NCBI RefSeq assembly: GCF_009914755.1
Contig: NC_060936.1
Strand: one strand, 5' to 3'
Source of the DNA: the human T2T-CHM13v2.0 reference genome, Homo sapiens
DNA: 64,000 nt
Shown: in pieces, positions 13,919 to 27,779 of the stretch
How positions within the stretch are numbered: the first letter of the stretch is position 1
How the letters are laid out: every line of letters starts with the position of its first letter
The notes under the pieces: generated by a model
Told to the model about the DNA's origin: nothing
The model's input: the letters and a program-made list of their open reading frames with translations, nothing else
Database searches by the model: none
Position numbers and translations under genes: made by a program

Positions 13919-14216
13919 GGCCGGGCGCAGTGGCTCACACTTGTAATCCCAGCACTTTGGGAGCCTGAGGCGAGTGGATCACGAGGTAAGGAGTTCAAGA
14001 CCAGCCTGGCCAAGATGATGAAACCCCATCTCTACTGAAGATACAAAAATCAGCTGGAAGTGGTGGCAATCACCTGTAATCCCAGCTACTCTGGAGACTG
14101 AGGCAGAGAATTACTTGAACCTGGGAGGCGGAGGTTGCAGTGAGCCGAGATCGTGCCACTGCACTCCAGCCTGGGCGACAGAGCAAGACTGTCTCAAAAA
14201 AAAAAAAAAAAAAAAA
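13919..14216 (+). mobile_element. Full-length AluSg-like, nested in L1
   Basis: ggatcacgagg...gagttcaagaccagcctggccaagatg; TSD tccttatgt/tcctcatgt. Confidence 0.95.
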
Positions 14217-16074
14217 TCCTCATGTAATGACAGAGGGATCAATTCTTCATGAGATAATTGTAAATGCATGTGCATTCCACATCAGAACATCTAAATATAT
14301 AAAGGAAATATTAATATATCTGAAGGGATAGGGGACTTCAGGGGTAGGGGAAGAACAGTAGGGGACTTCAATACCCCACTTTTAGCAATGAACAGGTTTA
14401 ATTTTTTTTAATTGACTTAAACACCTTAGCTCAAATGAACCTAACAGACATATAGAGAACATTCTATCCAACAGCAGCAGAATACACATTCTTCTCAAGT
14501 CCACATGGAGCATTCTCTAGGATAGATCATATGTTAGATCACAAAATAAGTCTTAGCAAACTTAAGAAAATTGAAATCATATCAAGTTATCTTTTCTGAC
14601 CACAATGGTATAAAACTAGAAATCAACAGGAGGAATTTCAGAAAATTCACAAATGCATGGCAATTAAACAACATGCTCCCAAATAACCAATGGATCAACA
14701 AAGAAATTAAATGGAAAGTTAAAAAATATGTTGAGACAAACAAAAATGGAAGCACAACATTCCAAAATTTATGGGATGTAGTAAAAGCACTTCTAAAACA
14801 CAAGTTTATAGCAATAAACTCCTACATCAAAAAAGAAGAAAAATCTCAAATAAACGACCTAATGTTACACTTCAAGGAACTAGAAAAACAAGAACAAACT
14901 AAGCCCAAAGTTAGCAGAAGAAAGAAAATAATAAAGATCAGAGCAGAAATAAATGAAATAGTGACTAGAAAAACAATAGAAAAGATCAACGAAACTAAGG
15001 GTGTGTTTTCTGAAAAGATAAACAAAATCAACAAACCCTTACTAGACTAATTAGGAAAAAAAGAGAGAAGACTCAAATAAGTAAAATCAGAAATGAAAGA
15101 GGAGACATTACAACTGATACCACAGAAATACAAAGAGTCATAAGAGTCTACCATAAATAATTATATGCCAACAAATTGAATAATCTAGAAAAAAATGGGT
15201 AAGTTCCTAGACACATACAACTTACCAAGACTGAATCATGAAGAAATAGGAAATCTAAAAAATACTATTAACAAGTAAGAAGATTGAGTCAGCAGTAAAA
15301 AGTCTCCCATCAACGAAAAGCCCAGAACCTGATAACTTCACTATTGAATTCTACCAAACATTTAAAGAACTAATACTAATCCTTTTTACACTCTTCCAAA
15401 AGATAGAAGAAGAAGAAATACTTCCAAACTCATTTTATGAGGCACCATTACCCTGATAGCAAATCCAGACAAGGACATTAGAAAAAAAGAAAATTATGGG
15501 ACAGTATTCCTGAAAAACATAGGTGCAAAAATCCTCAACCAAATACTAGCAAACCAAATTCAACAGCACCTTAAAAGGATCATTCAGCATGATCAAGTGC
15601 AATTTGTCCCAGGAATGCAAGGATGGTTCAACGTATGCAAATTTATAAATGTGATACATCATATTAACATAATAAAGGACAAAAAATGTATGATCATCTC
15701 AATAGATGACAAAAAAGCACTTGGCAAAATTCAACATCATTTCATGAGAAAAAAAATCCTCAATACATTATGTATAAAAGAAATGTACATCAACACAACA
15801 AATGAAACAAACAAAACCCCAGCTAACAGTATACTCTATGGTGAAAAGCTGGAAGTTTTTATTTTATGATAAGCAACAAGAAAAGAATGCCCACTCTCAG
15901 CACTTCTATTCAACACAGTACTGGGAGTTTTAGCCAAAGTAAATAGGAAAAGAAAAAAACTAAATACTCCAAATGGTAAAGAAAAAATGTAAATTGTCCT
16001 TGTTTGCAGAAAACATGATTTTGTATATAGAAAACTCTAAAGGCTCTACCAAAAAACTGTTAGAACCAATAAAC

Positions 16075-16120
16075 AAATTCAGTAAATTTCAGTAAAATTC
16101 AGTAAACAAATTTCAGTAAA
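16075..16120 (+). repeat. Short tandem amplification of aa(a/t)ttcagta (~4 copies) inside L1 ORF2
   Basis: aaattcagtaaatttcagtaaaattcagtaaacaaatttcagtaaa. Confidence 0.85.
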
Positions 16121-16900
16121 GGATATAAAATCAACATACAAAATCAGTAGCATTCCTGTACATTAACATCAAACTTTCCAGAAAAAAAGAAATCAAGAAA
16201 ACAATCCCATTTATGGGAGCTATCAAATAACAATAATAATAAAATGCTTAGAAATAAATTTAACCAAGGAGGTGAAAAGCCTGTACAGAAAACCATAAAA
16301 CATTGATGAAAGAAATTGAAGAAGATACAAATAGATGGAAAGACATTCTATGCGCATAAATTGTTAAATTTTCATACATCCCAAAGTAATCTAGAAATTC
16401 AAAGTAATCCTTATCAAAATTACAATGTCATTTTTCCTGAAAATAGAAAAAACAATCCTACATTTTGCATGAACCACAAAAGACCAGAATAGCCAAAGCA
16501 ATCTTGAGCAAAAAGAACAAAGCTGGAGGCATCACAGTACCTGATTTCAAAATACATTGTAAAGCTATAGTAATCTAAACAGCATGGTACTGGTATAAAA
16601 ACAGACACATAAATAAGGAACAAAACAGAGTCCATAGATATATCCATGTATTTACAGTCAATTGCTTTTTGACAAAGGCACCAAGAATACACAATGGGGA
16701 AAGGACAGTCTCTTCAATAAAAGGTACTAGGAAAACTAGATATTTACATGCAGATGAAAAAAATTAGACCTTTATTTCACACCATGTACAAAACTCAACT
16801 TAAAATTGGCTAAAGACTTAAACATAAGACCTGAAACTGTAGAACTACTGGAACAAAAAGTAAGGGGACAGTTCCATGATATTGGTCTCGGTGATGATTT

Positions 16901-16904
<4 letters not shown>

Positions 16905-16954
<50 letters not shown>
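16905..16954. repeat. (TA)25 microsatellite
   Basis: uninterrupted TA run. Confidence 0.98.
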
Positions 16955-16958
<4 letters not shown>

Positions 16959-17384
16959 CAAAAGTAGAGGCAACAAATGCAAAAAGAGATAAACAGGATT
17001 ACATCAAACCAAATAGCAAAGGAAACAATCAACAGAGTGAAGAGAAAAACTAAGAAATAGAGAGAATATTTACAAACAATTCAAAATATATAAGGAACTC
17101 AGACAACTCAATAGTAGAAAACAACTGCCTTAAAAATAAGTAAAGGATCTGAATAGACATTTCTTAAAAGAAAACATGCAAATGGCTAAGAGTATATAAA
17201 AAAATTAACATCACTAATCATCAGAGAAATGCAAGTTAGAATGGCTATTATCAAAAACATGAAATATAACAAGGGTTGGAGAGGATGTGGAAAAAAGAGA
17301 ACCCTTGAACATTGTTGGTGGGAATGTAACTTAGTACAATTATTATGGGAAACAGTGTAGAGTTCCCTCAAAAAAATATATATA

Positions 17385-17621
17385 GGACAGATGCAGTGCC
17401 TCATGCCTGTAGTACTGGCACTTTGAGAGCCCAGGAGTGGCAGACCAGTCTGGGCAACATAGTAACACCTTGCGTGCCTATGTTCTCTGGTCCTCAGCAG
17501 GCTGAGGTAGGAGGATCACTTGAGCCCAAGTGGCCAAGGTGGTAGTGAGTGAATTGAGATCAGGCCACTGCACTCCAGCCTGGGTGACAGAATGAGATTC
17601 CATCTCAAAAAAAAAGAAAAA
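17385..17621 (+). mobile_element. Degenerate AluJ-like with internal deletions, nested in L1
   Basis: gagcccaggagt, gggcaacatag, ccactgcactccagcctgggtgacaga plus A tail; middle A-rich linker missing. Confidence 0.85.
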
Positions 17622-18679
17622 ATAGTTAAAAACAAAACTGCCATATGACCCAGCAGTCCCATTACTGGATATACTGTATACCCAAAGGAAAGGAAATCAG
17701 CATGTTGAAGAGACATCTGCACTTCCATGTTCATTGCAGCATTATTCACAATAGCTAAGATAGGGAATCAACCTAAATGTCCATCAATGGATAAATGGAT
17801 AAAGAAAATGTGGTATATATACACAATGAAATATCATTTAGCCTTAAAAAAGAAGGAAATCCTGTCTTGTGACAACATGGATGAACATGGAGGACATTAT
17901 ATTAAGTGAAATAAGCCAAGCACAGAAAAACAAATACTGCATGGTCTAACCTGTATGTGGAATCTAAAAAAGTTGAACTGGTACGAGTAGAGAGTGGAAT
18001 GGTGGTTACCAGGTGCTGGAGGTGAAGGCAGGGAGTTGGGGAAATGTTGATCAAAGATACAAAATTTCAGTTCAGTAAGAGGAATAAGTTTAAGAGGTCT
18101 ACTGTACAACATGGTGAGTACAGTTAGTAACAATGTATTCTATTTTTTAATATTGCTGAGAAAGTAGTTTTAATTTTTCTCAGCACACACAAAAGAAATA
18201 AGTATGTGAAATAATGAAGATGTTAATTAGCTGGATTCAGCTGTTCCATGATGGGTACATTCCACGATGTATACATTCCACAGTGTATTCAAAACAACGT
18301 GTTGTAAAGATAAGTATATATATATATATACTTTTGTCAATTAAAAAATAAAAATAAAATAAAGAATGAATAAGTAATCGTCCTTGCCCTCCAAGGGCTT
18401 AGAGTCCAATAAAGAGACAAAGTAATGGCTAATGTAAGAGACTTATTTACCACATGAGTGGTATCAGAGCTCCAAGGAAGAATAAGCTCTCTCTATCTGG
18501 GGACATCTTCTCAGGGAAGGTCACATCTGAACTGGGTAATGGTGAGTAAGTGGCATCACAAGTAAACATTGGAGCACTGACCATACATATTTACTTCTGA
18601 GTCACTCCTTTAAAATTACATAAAGTAAATATTTAAGCCCCATCTTTAAAACCAACAGAACAAAAAGAAAGATGAGGAA

Positions 18680-19875
18680 GTCATCGATGGAAATACGCCA
18701 CAAGAGTGGTGAGTGGCTCAGCAGAGGGAGGAAGGCAGAGACCTACAGCTGATGAAGGAGCTGAGAACAGAACTAGTTAAAAACCTACACGGAGCTTTCG
18801 ATGCCTCCCACTACTTCCCCCAGCTTGTAGCACCAGGAGACTGTCCCTCTTCAACTTTATGCAGAAGACAGGAGGTTTACTCCCAAGAGAAGCTAAATCT
18901 TAACCTGAGGCCTTGACTCAAACCCCAAGTACAGCTAAGGGCAGGGCCAAGGTGCCATATTGGAGATGGGAGATTAATGAAAATATACATCTTGGATAGT
19001 GAGGCTCCTTCGGCCTCTTTTCCAAGTCTAGAATTGTATCCCTAGGCAGGAAACTGTAAGATTCTCCTCCGAGAGAACAGAATGGTTGAGAAGAGATCTA
19101 CAGAAACTGGCATTTGGAGGTCTCATGAGGAAAGAGCTGAGGTTCAGCCTATTGAAGGGTGGCAGCCAGCCAGTGCTGCCCAGGCACACAAAGCTACAAA
19201 TGAGCTTTTTAGAGCCTCACTCTTAACTAGGCATGGATAAGCATCCATCCTCCAAATATCTGAGGAAGTCTTTTAACACAAAACACAGACTAAAGCAAAC
19301 AGAACAAAGCAGGAGAGTGAATTGGACTCAGAAGAAATAGAGATCAATGCAGTAAGCAGAAAAAAAGCTTCAGGGAAAAATAAACTTTAATAAATGCCTT
19401 TAGGAAGATGGGAAGATACTATATTTACAAAACAAACCTGGGAGACCAAAGTTTTAAAATGTTGTATTTTAAGCACACGGAATTTGTTGTATTATCCTTT
19501 ATATCATTTTGTATATCTTAAATATCATTTAATAATTTGCATTGGGGGAAGCTAACTAGAACAAAATTGAAAAGCTCTATTACTAGTTTTAAAATATCAG
19601 TTTTCAGATACTTCAAAGGAATCTATGATAAATGAGGAACAAGGACAAACAGAGCTCACAGTTCATATTAAAAATGAACAATTAGAGAATAGATTAGCTC
19701 TCAAAATTAAATGATAGCAGGAAAAAAATCAAAGGAAGGGTTTTAAGATAAAATCAAGGTATCTTCCAGAAAACAGAACAGGAATATGAAAAACAGAAAA
19801 GAAAAGAAAGAAAATAAGGCAATCGATTCAGAATATTCAACATCTAAATAATAGGAATTCCTAAAATACAGAATA
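18680..19875 (+). mobile_element. HAL1/old L1M 5'-ORF1 region, part 1
   Basis: caacatctaaataataggaattcct...gaatagag resembles the L1 ORF1 NIRIIGIPE region; continues at 21880. Confidence 0.55.
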
Positions 19876-20708
19876 GAGCTCTAGCTACAATCCTATTTGT
19901 TTCTCCTGTTTTAGCAAAACTCCTTAAAAGAGTTGTCTCTACCCACTATTTCAAATTCCTTCCCTCCCCTCTCTTAACCCATACCAATCTGATTTTCACC
20001 CCCACCAGTCCACCAAAATTGTTCTTATCCTGATCACCAATAAAAAGGTCATTTCTCAGTCTTCATGTTACCTTGCATCTCAGTAGCACTTGACAGAACA
20101 GATTATTCCCTCCTCCTTGGAAAACTTTCTTTGCTTGGCTGGTGGAACTCCACATATGCCTGCTTTTCCTCCTACTTTTCTGCCTATTTCCTCTTATCTC
20201 TTTTGTTGTTTCTTACATGTCTCCCTGATCTCTAAATGTAGGCAGTCTACTCCAAGCATAGCCCTCAGATCTCTTCTCTCTATAATCTGCACTCCTCCTC
20301 CTGAGCTATGTTGTCTAGCCTCATGGTCATATAGACCACCTGTATGCTGTTGGCTTCCACTTTTACAATTCCAGCCTTCATGCCTCCCCTGAACATGCAG
20401 ACTTAAATGTCAAACTGCCAATTTACATCTCTATTTAGTTGTGTTAAGAGCATCTCATGCTTCTAATGCCAAATTCCAAACTTCTAACTTACCTTCCTCC
20501 CTCCTTCCCCAACACTCCACAATCCCCTGCCAAAATAAAAACTTTCTCCTCTGTACTTCTCTCCCTTTTCCAGTTTTTGGCAACTCCTTTTTTCTAAGAA
20601 TTGAGTCAAAACTTTGATGTTATCACTTCTTCCTTGTTATCTCACACCCTAGATATGATCTGTTAACAAATCATGACAACTCTATATCTTCATAACATAC
20701 AAAGAGTT

Positions 20709-21082
20709 TGTATTAGTGCATTTTCACACTGCTGATGAAGACATATCTGAGATGGAGCAATTTACAAATGAAAAAGATTTCATTGGACATACAGTTTCAC
20801 GTGGCTGGAGAAGCCTCACAATCATGGTGGATGGCAAGAAGGAGCAAGTCACGTCTTACATGGATGGCAGCAGGCAAAGAGAAAGTGAGAGCCAAGTGAA
20901 AGAGGTTTCTCGTTATAAATCCACCAGATCTCATGAGACTTATTCACTACCATGAGAACAGCATGGGGGAAATCGCTTCCATGATTCAATTATCTCCCAC
21001 CAGGTCCCTCCCACAACAATGGGAATTATGGGAGATACAATTCGAGATGTGATTTTGGTGGGGACACAGGCAAACTATATCA
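20709..21082 (-). mobile_element. THE1B/C MaLR solo LTR
   Basis: tgtattagt...ggagcaagtcacgtcttacatggatggcagcagg...actatatca; 5-bp TSD gagtt/gaatt. Confidence 0.92.
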
Positions 21083-21545
21083 GAATTCCACCACATCCCC
21101 CAATCCTCACTGCCACTAACCTGATACAAGTCACCTATTACTTCTCTTTTACTTTCCTGCAACAGCTTTCTAAATGGCACCCTTGCTTCTACCTTTGCAC
21201 TGCTTCAGACTATTTTCAACACACTAGCCACTAAGATACAAGTCAGATCAGGTTACCCCTCTGCTCAAAATTGTCCAATGGTTCTTTTACTACCCAAGGT
21301 TTTAACACAATCTGAGCCCTAGTTGCTTTTAACCTAACCTCATCCCCTCAAGTGTCCCATTTGCTTCCTTCACTAGAGTCCCACTGGCTTCTTCACTGTT
21401 CCTTAAATGCATCTGTAGTTTGAGATGTTTCTTCTGCCTGGAAAGCTTTCCCCCCAGATATCTAACAGCTAACTCACTTTCTGTAGTCTTTACTCACACC
21501 TCACTTTCTCAGTGAAGCCTCTTCTGGCCACCATTTTTTAAATTG

Positions 21546-21618
21546 CTCTCTCTCTCTCGCTCTCTCTCTCTCGCTTTTTCTCTCTCTCTCTCTCTCCCTC
21601 CCTTCCTCCTCCCCCACA

Positions 21619-21647
<29 letters not shown>
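21546..21647. repeat. Compound (CT)n-(CA)n microsatellite
   Basis: CT-rich 21546-21596 followed by a CA run 21619-21647. Confidence 0.95.
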
Positions 21648-21649
<2 letters not shown>

Positions 21650-21754
21650 CACATATACACACCATATTATAACCTCCTTGTTGCCCTTATTTTTTTCCAT
21701 AGCACTTATCATTACCTAACAGACTTTTGTTTCACTTATTTATCTATCTCTACT

Positions 21755-21788
21755 ATCAGAATGTACATGAGATCAGAATGTACATGAG
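21755..21788 (+). repeat. Perfect 17-bp tandem duplication
   Basis: atcagaatgtacatgag x2. Confidence 0.95.
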
Positions 21789-21879
21789 GGCATGATGTTT
21801 TTCATCTTTGTGTTAATTGTGTTCACTGCTATATCCCCAGAGCATGGAAGAATGCACAAACATAACCAAGACATTTAGG

Positions 21880-22500
21880 GGTGAAATAAATAATCAAGAA
21901 AATAGATAGCAGAAAATAATTAAAGAGATAATTTTAAATTTTTTCTTAAAACTTATGGACCTGAGTTAAAAATTGGCACCTGATGTTCTGTTGTTAAATA
22001 AGACCCACACCAATACACAACATTATGAAATGCAGAATGTTAGAGATTTTTTTAAAGGCACTAAAAATTCCTGTGAGAAAATAACTGGTAATACACAAAG
22101 AACTTGGGATTAGATTGGCATTAAATTTCTCAGTAACGATGCAATATACTGGGGTGAGGCAGGGAAATGCACAGTGCCTTTAAAATTCTGGTAAGAATTT
22201 ATTTCGATCAAAAAATTCTATATTCAAATAAACTATCACTTAAATATGAAGGTTAAATAAAGAGCTTCTCAGATGTTTAAGGTTTTTTAAATATTGCCTA
22301 CCCATACACCTTATCTCAGAAAGCTACTGGAGGATATGCTTTATCAACATGACATAGCAAACCAAGAAGAAGGAAGGTATTGGATTTGGGAAATAGATAA
22401 CACAGAGGAAAGATACAAAAAGAATTTAAAGGATAGTATTGAATATCAGGTCTAAGGAACAACCAGTTAAAATTGGAATGAGAGAACACAAGACTACAGC
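21880..22500 (+). mobile_element. HAL1/old L1M ORF1 region, part 2
   Basis: agacccacaccaa...cattatgaaat, aattctatattcaaataaactatc, aaagctactggaggatatgct, aaaccaagaagaaggaag. Confidence 0.6.
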
Positions 22501-22829
22501 AGGAATGTCAAAGACTGAAGAAAAACTGTTATATTACCTAACACTTTTGGCCACATTAAGAGTACTTTTGTACTTTGAGAAAATTTCTTTACTGGCATAG
22601 GACATAAATGCACAAAAAAAATCCATGCAATCTTAAACTCCAAAAACACCAAAGTTTTAGGAAACAAATTTAAAATCATGCTTACTGGTTTTGCTGGGAT
22701 ATGTAGCATATATATCATCATGATCATTTAAGTTCTGATTTTTGAATTAACCAAAAATTGTAACACATATACACATACCCAGGAGGGAAAGCATCTTAAC
22801 CTTGAGTACTTTAAAAAAAAAATAGGGCC

Positions 22830-23270
22830 TAATAAAATGATTAAAGTGTGGAGGCTTTATTGGAGAAGTACAAACCCAAGTCAATGAGAGAAAAGAAGAA
22901 ATGAAGCAAAGCAAAAAGAATGGGAAACAATAAAGGTTGTATGTTACATGCTGTCCTCTCACTGGCCAAAGTTCACCCACAGAGACCTCCCTCTTTTCTA
23001 AGGTGGGTCATCTGGCCCCTCCACATCCAGTCGGGATGCTGAATCTCGTGTACCGAGGATTGGAGCTTCATTTGAGTCTAGATGTGGTAGCATGAGCCTG
23101 AAATTTGGGTCATTAAATTAGCTGGCCCAGCTGTGCTACTAGCAGCCAAGAACAAGGGCCCAACATTCCCAGGACAAATGACTGGTTATCTCCTGGGAGG
23201 AGCAGCACTATCTGGGAAATGGACAGCACCAGGAGAAACTGAGGAGACACGTAAAACTGGTACCCAGTTC
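22830..23270 (-). mobile_element. Old ERVL-type LTR fragment (LTR16/LTR33-like)
   Basis: gtggaggctttattggag start and GC-richer body; family uncertain. Confidence 0.35.
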
Positions 23271-23372
23271 AGAGGCTAAACCAATGCTGTAGAAAGAGGG
23301 GTCAAAGAAGCCAAATTCTAACTTTCCACATTAGTATTTTGATGCACGTCTAAGATTTAAAAATAAGAGAAA

Positions 23373-23430
23373 TGATAGATGATAGGTAGGATAGGATGGA
23401 CGGATAGATAGACAGACAGACAGATAGATA
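23373..23430. repeat. Degenerate GATA/GACA tetranucleotide repeat
   Basis: gatagatgataggtaggataggatggacggatagatagacagacagacagatagata. Confidence 0.85.
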
Positions 23431-23599
23431 AAGAGAAACACCAGAAATATCTAAGAGGTGAATGAATATAGTTGCCTCTGGAGAATATCACACTTTGCCA
23501 TGAGGGCAGAGCAAAGACAGGCTTGTAGTATGGTCTGTATAATTAATATATGTTCATGTATTTAAAATGACAATTAAGTTTAAAGTAGAATAGTTGAAA

Positions 23600-24070
23600 G
23601 GCTTAAACTATATGCAAAGAAAAAGATCCACGGTCTGTCAGCAACAATGGCAGCCTCTGGAACAGCTGGGTATGTAGAGTATGAGTGTGTAGATAGGAAT
23701 GGCTGGAGATATGTCTGGGGAAGTAGATTGACTACGGATTGTAAACCATGCTAAACACTTTGGACTTGATCCTATAGGACTTGAGGTGTCAGTAAAAAGT
23801 TTAAAGCCAGAGAGAGATGTGATCATATTTGTATTTCAGAAAGAGCATTCTGGCTGCGCTGCAGAGAATACATTAAATGGGGAAAGACCTGAAGGCAGGG
23901 AGTCCCTTAAGGAAACTGATGGAGTAATTAATTAGACAGAGGGTCTGAACAAAGTTTAGTAGAAAAAAGAGAAGAGGGTGGATCCATCAGGTGTGAAGGA
24001 CCTGTAGACCAACTGAAACCAATCTCCATTATGAGCCATAAAGGAGGGGTTAGGGATGAGAGGAGCAGAA
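23600..24070 (-). mobile_element. L2 fragment
   Basis: ttgtaaaccatgctaaacactttggacttgatcctatagg...atttgtatttcagaaagagcattctggctgc. Confidence 0.7.
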
Positions 24071-24076
24071 AGAAGC

Positions 24077-24500
24077 TGATACAGTTTGGATGCATGTCCC
24101 TGCCCAAATTTCATGTTGAATTGTAACCCCCAATGTTGGAGGTGGGGCCTGGTGGGAGGTGATTGGATCATGGGGGAGGATTTCTCATGAATGGTTTAGC
24201 ACCACCCTCTTGGTGCTGTCCTCTCGATAATGAATGAGTTCTTGTGAGATCTGGTCATTTAAAAGTGTGTGGCACCTCCCCCCAATCTCTTGCTCCTGCT
24301 CTGTCCATGTGACATGCCTGCTCCCCCTTCACCTTTTGTGCCATAATTTTAAGTTTCCTGAGGCCTCTCCAGAAGCCAAGCAGATGTCATCATGCTTTCT
24401 GGACAGCCGGCAGAACCATAAGCCAATTAAGCCTCTTTTCTTTAAAAATTACCTGTTTCTCAGGTATTTCTTTATAGCAATATGACAATGGACTAATAGA
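24077..24500 (+). mobile_element. MSTA MaLR solo LTR
   Basis: tgatacagtttgga...gttggaggtggggcctggtgggaggtgattggatcatgg...gactaataga; TSD gaagc on both sides. Confidence 0.93.
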
Positions 24501-24818
24501 GAAGCCAATTGTCTCTCACAGAAATCAAGCATATGGAATCACTCTTGGGAACATCCTGACCTGCCTTTCTATGTAATCTAGTGTGAAACTCTGTAAAGGA
24601 ACCTTCTATTCCTGCGACAAATCTATCATGCAGTCTACCAACTTCAGTCACTGTTATTTATTGAATATTTTAAGTGAATATTTATAATGATTGCAATTGT
24701 TTCTTTCTAAATTACTAAGTGGGAGTGAGTTTCTGTAAAAAGTGACCTCTTAAAGGAAGATATATTCTTAAATGCTAACTCCTCCTTAGGTGACATTTCT
24801 TCCAAAGAAAAAAAAGCC

Positions 24819-25155
<337 letters not shown>

Positions 25156-25599
25156 TCATGCTGGATGTCCCTATTTCCCCTCTTCTATATTCAGCAGTTA
25201 CAAAGTGAGGTGCCACACACTTTGAAATGACTAGAATGAAAGTTTCTTCTACTTCCATTCCATCATGCATGCTGCCAAAAAGTTCCTCTTTCAAAATTCC
25301 ATTTTAATCATGTTATTCATTAATCAAAAATCTTCAGGATTTTTTCTTCCCTGTAAAATAAAGATATGCGCTCCTCACAGTGCATTTTCTGCACCATTAT
25401 TACCATTAAAAATAAACCCAAAAATCTAGAGAGGAAATGATCATCATTCTCCACAGTCTATACATAAAAAATTTAAGGAGAAACAGCAATTTCTGCATGA
25501 AAATGGAATATTTTTCTACTTCTTCCCCTTACTCCTATTTTGTCTCTTTTCTAAGACTTTTCAAAATCTGTAACTCTTCTTGTTTATCTCTGTTGAAAT

Positions 25600-26105
<506 letters not shown>

Positions 26106-27779
26106 CTGCAGGAAAACTACTCTGGGAGATGGTACTACTCCCTCTCCCATTCACTTCTACTCTTCCCTTTAGCCTTGGACTACTTCTCCACTCATAAAAA
26201 GCCAACTTTCTCTTCAAGACAGGGTCACATCTCCATGTAGTGTTTGCATGCCACAGTGGCTAATTTCTCCTTCTAGCACTCATGTCCTATATAGCAAATT
26301 TGGTAATTAATGATAGACCTCCTTGCAGCATTGCTTCTGTGTTCATATACCTGGTTACTAGGTAATTCTATTTGTGGGTTACTTGGTTCCTCATTTAGAT
26401 TTTTAAGAATCTAGCATCAAAGACTTCCTCATACCCTTCATAGCATCTTGCCCAGAGCTCTGCACAGCATATATGTTTAATAAATATTGGCTGATTTGTT
26501 TGGGGACTAGCATCTTACCTTTCATAAAAGTCCAAGCATCATTCAGGTGTTTATTAAATACCCAGGATGTGTCAGGACCTGCCATAGAGATGGACAGATG
26601 GGTATTCTCCCCACCCAAGAAGGTGAAGAAACCATTTAGCCAGGGCCCTGTATGCACAATAAGTCTTACAATGAAAGACAGAGGGCACGAGAGGCCATAC
26701 CCCAGGAGATGTTTAAGATGTGCAAAGATAGAACTTAGAGACTCACTGTGTAAGGACAGTGAGGGACAGGAGTTGAGGAGGTCAGGAATAGACAGAAGTG
26801 ATTGCCCCCAAAAGAATCAATCACCTTGGGAGGTGATACAAATCAGCCTTCAATTTATGACATAGAGACAGATTTCAAAACCTGTATACTGCATTGGCTT
26901 AGGATCACACAACAAATATCTATGTGACATTTATTGTGGGACATAGAGACACATTTAGAGGACTGAAAATTTAAAATATATCACAACTTTAACATACTGG
27001 TGAAGTGAAAAATAATGGACTTCTGAGAGTGTCATTTCAATTTCTGTGAGGGTCACATCAAGTTGCTGGGTACATCCCATGCTGGTAGCTGTGATGAAGA
27101 ATACCGCACACTCTTTTCCATCAAGATCCTTTAAATCTAGTTGGTGAAACAAAATTAGATACAGAGACATGGACCAACAAGATAACAGATACTAGTAGAC
27201 TAGACAAAAAATATACAAAGATACTAATTATCTGAGGGCATTTGTTATTGCTTGATTATTAACATTTTTAATGACATCATGAAAATTTTATTGCAAAACC
27301 AAACTCCAAAATATTTATTTGGTAATGCTATACATGTTCTTTTCTAGATTTTATCTGAAGAGAAATTCATCAGAAGTACCGACTATTGATTAGAATCCTC
27401 CTGAATTATAATGTCCCTAGGATGAAAAGCAATGTTAAATCAGTAGAAAATACATTAGTTCTGACCAATACATAACATGGGTTATTAGTACTGAAGTTCA
27501 CAGAGAATTATGATATACAATGAGCTCATTCAAATTGTATTTCAGGGTACAGACATTTTTAAAAATTCCCTAAAGCGATGTTTTCATTGTCTTAGAACCA
27601 GGAACAGATAATTAGATAGACTAATTTCATTGGAAATGAGCATTTCAGATGACCTTATATGAATAGGTTTTTAATTTATTACTCTTTATCAAAGCTAGTT
27701 TTTCAGAAAAAGCTTCAATGTTCCCAGTAGATTGTCATCAATAGCTTTTCTTTGGATAAAAACATCTTTTTATTCTTCT

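Larger units (their letters stand above)
13797..18361 (+). mobile_element. 5'-truncated L1MA5/6-like LINE-1 (ORF2 EN through 3'UTR), defective, with two nested Alus
   Basis: ORF2 peptides in the ORF track (FSDHNGIKLEIN 14571-15050; FVPGMQGWFN 15597-15869; [11 protein letters not shown] 17727-17909); L1MA 3'UTR; TSD aagaatgagtaa (13785-13796) / aagaatgaataa (18362-18373). Confidence 0.92.
19880..21865 (+). mobile_element. Long L2 element, split by a THE1 LTR and microsatellites
   Basis: ctccttaaaagagttgtctctac, ggtcatttctcagtcttcat, ccctctgctcaaaa, ttcactgctatatccccagagc. Confidence 0.8.
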
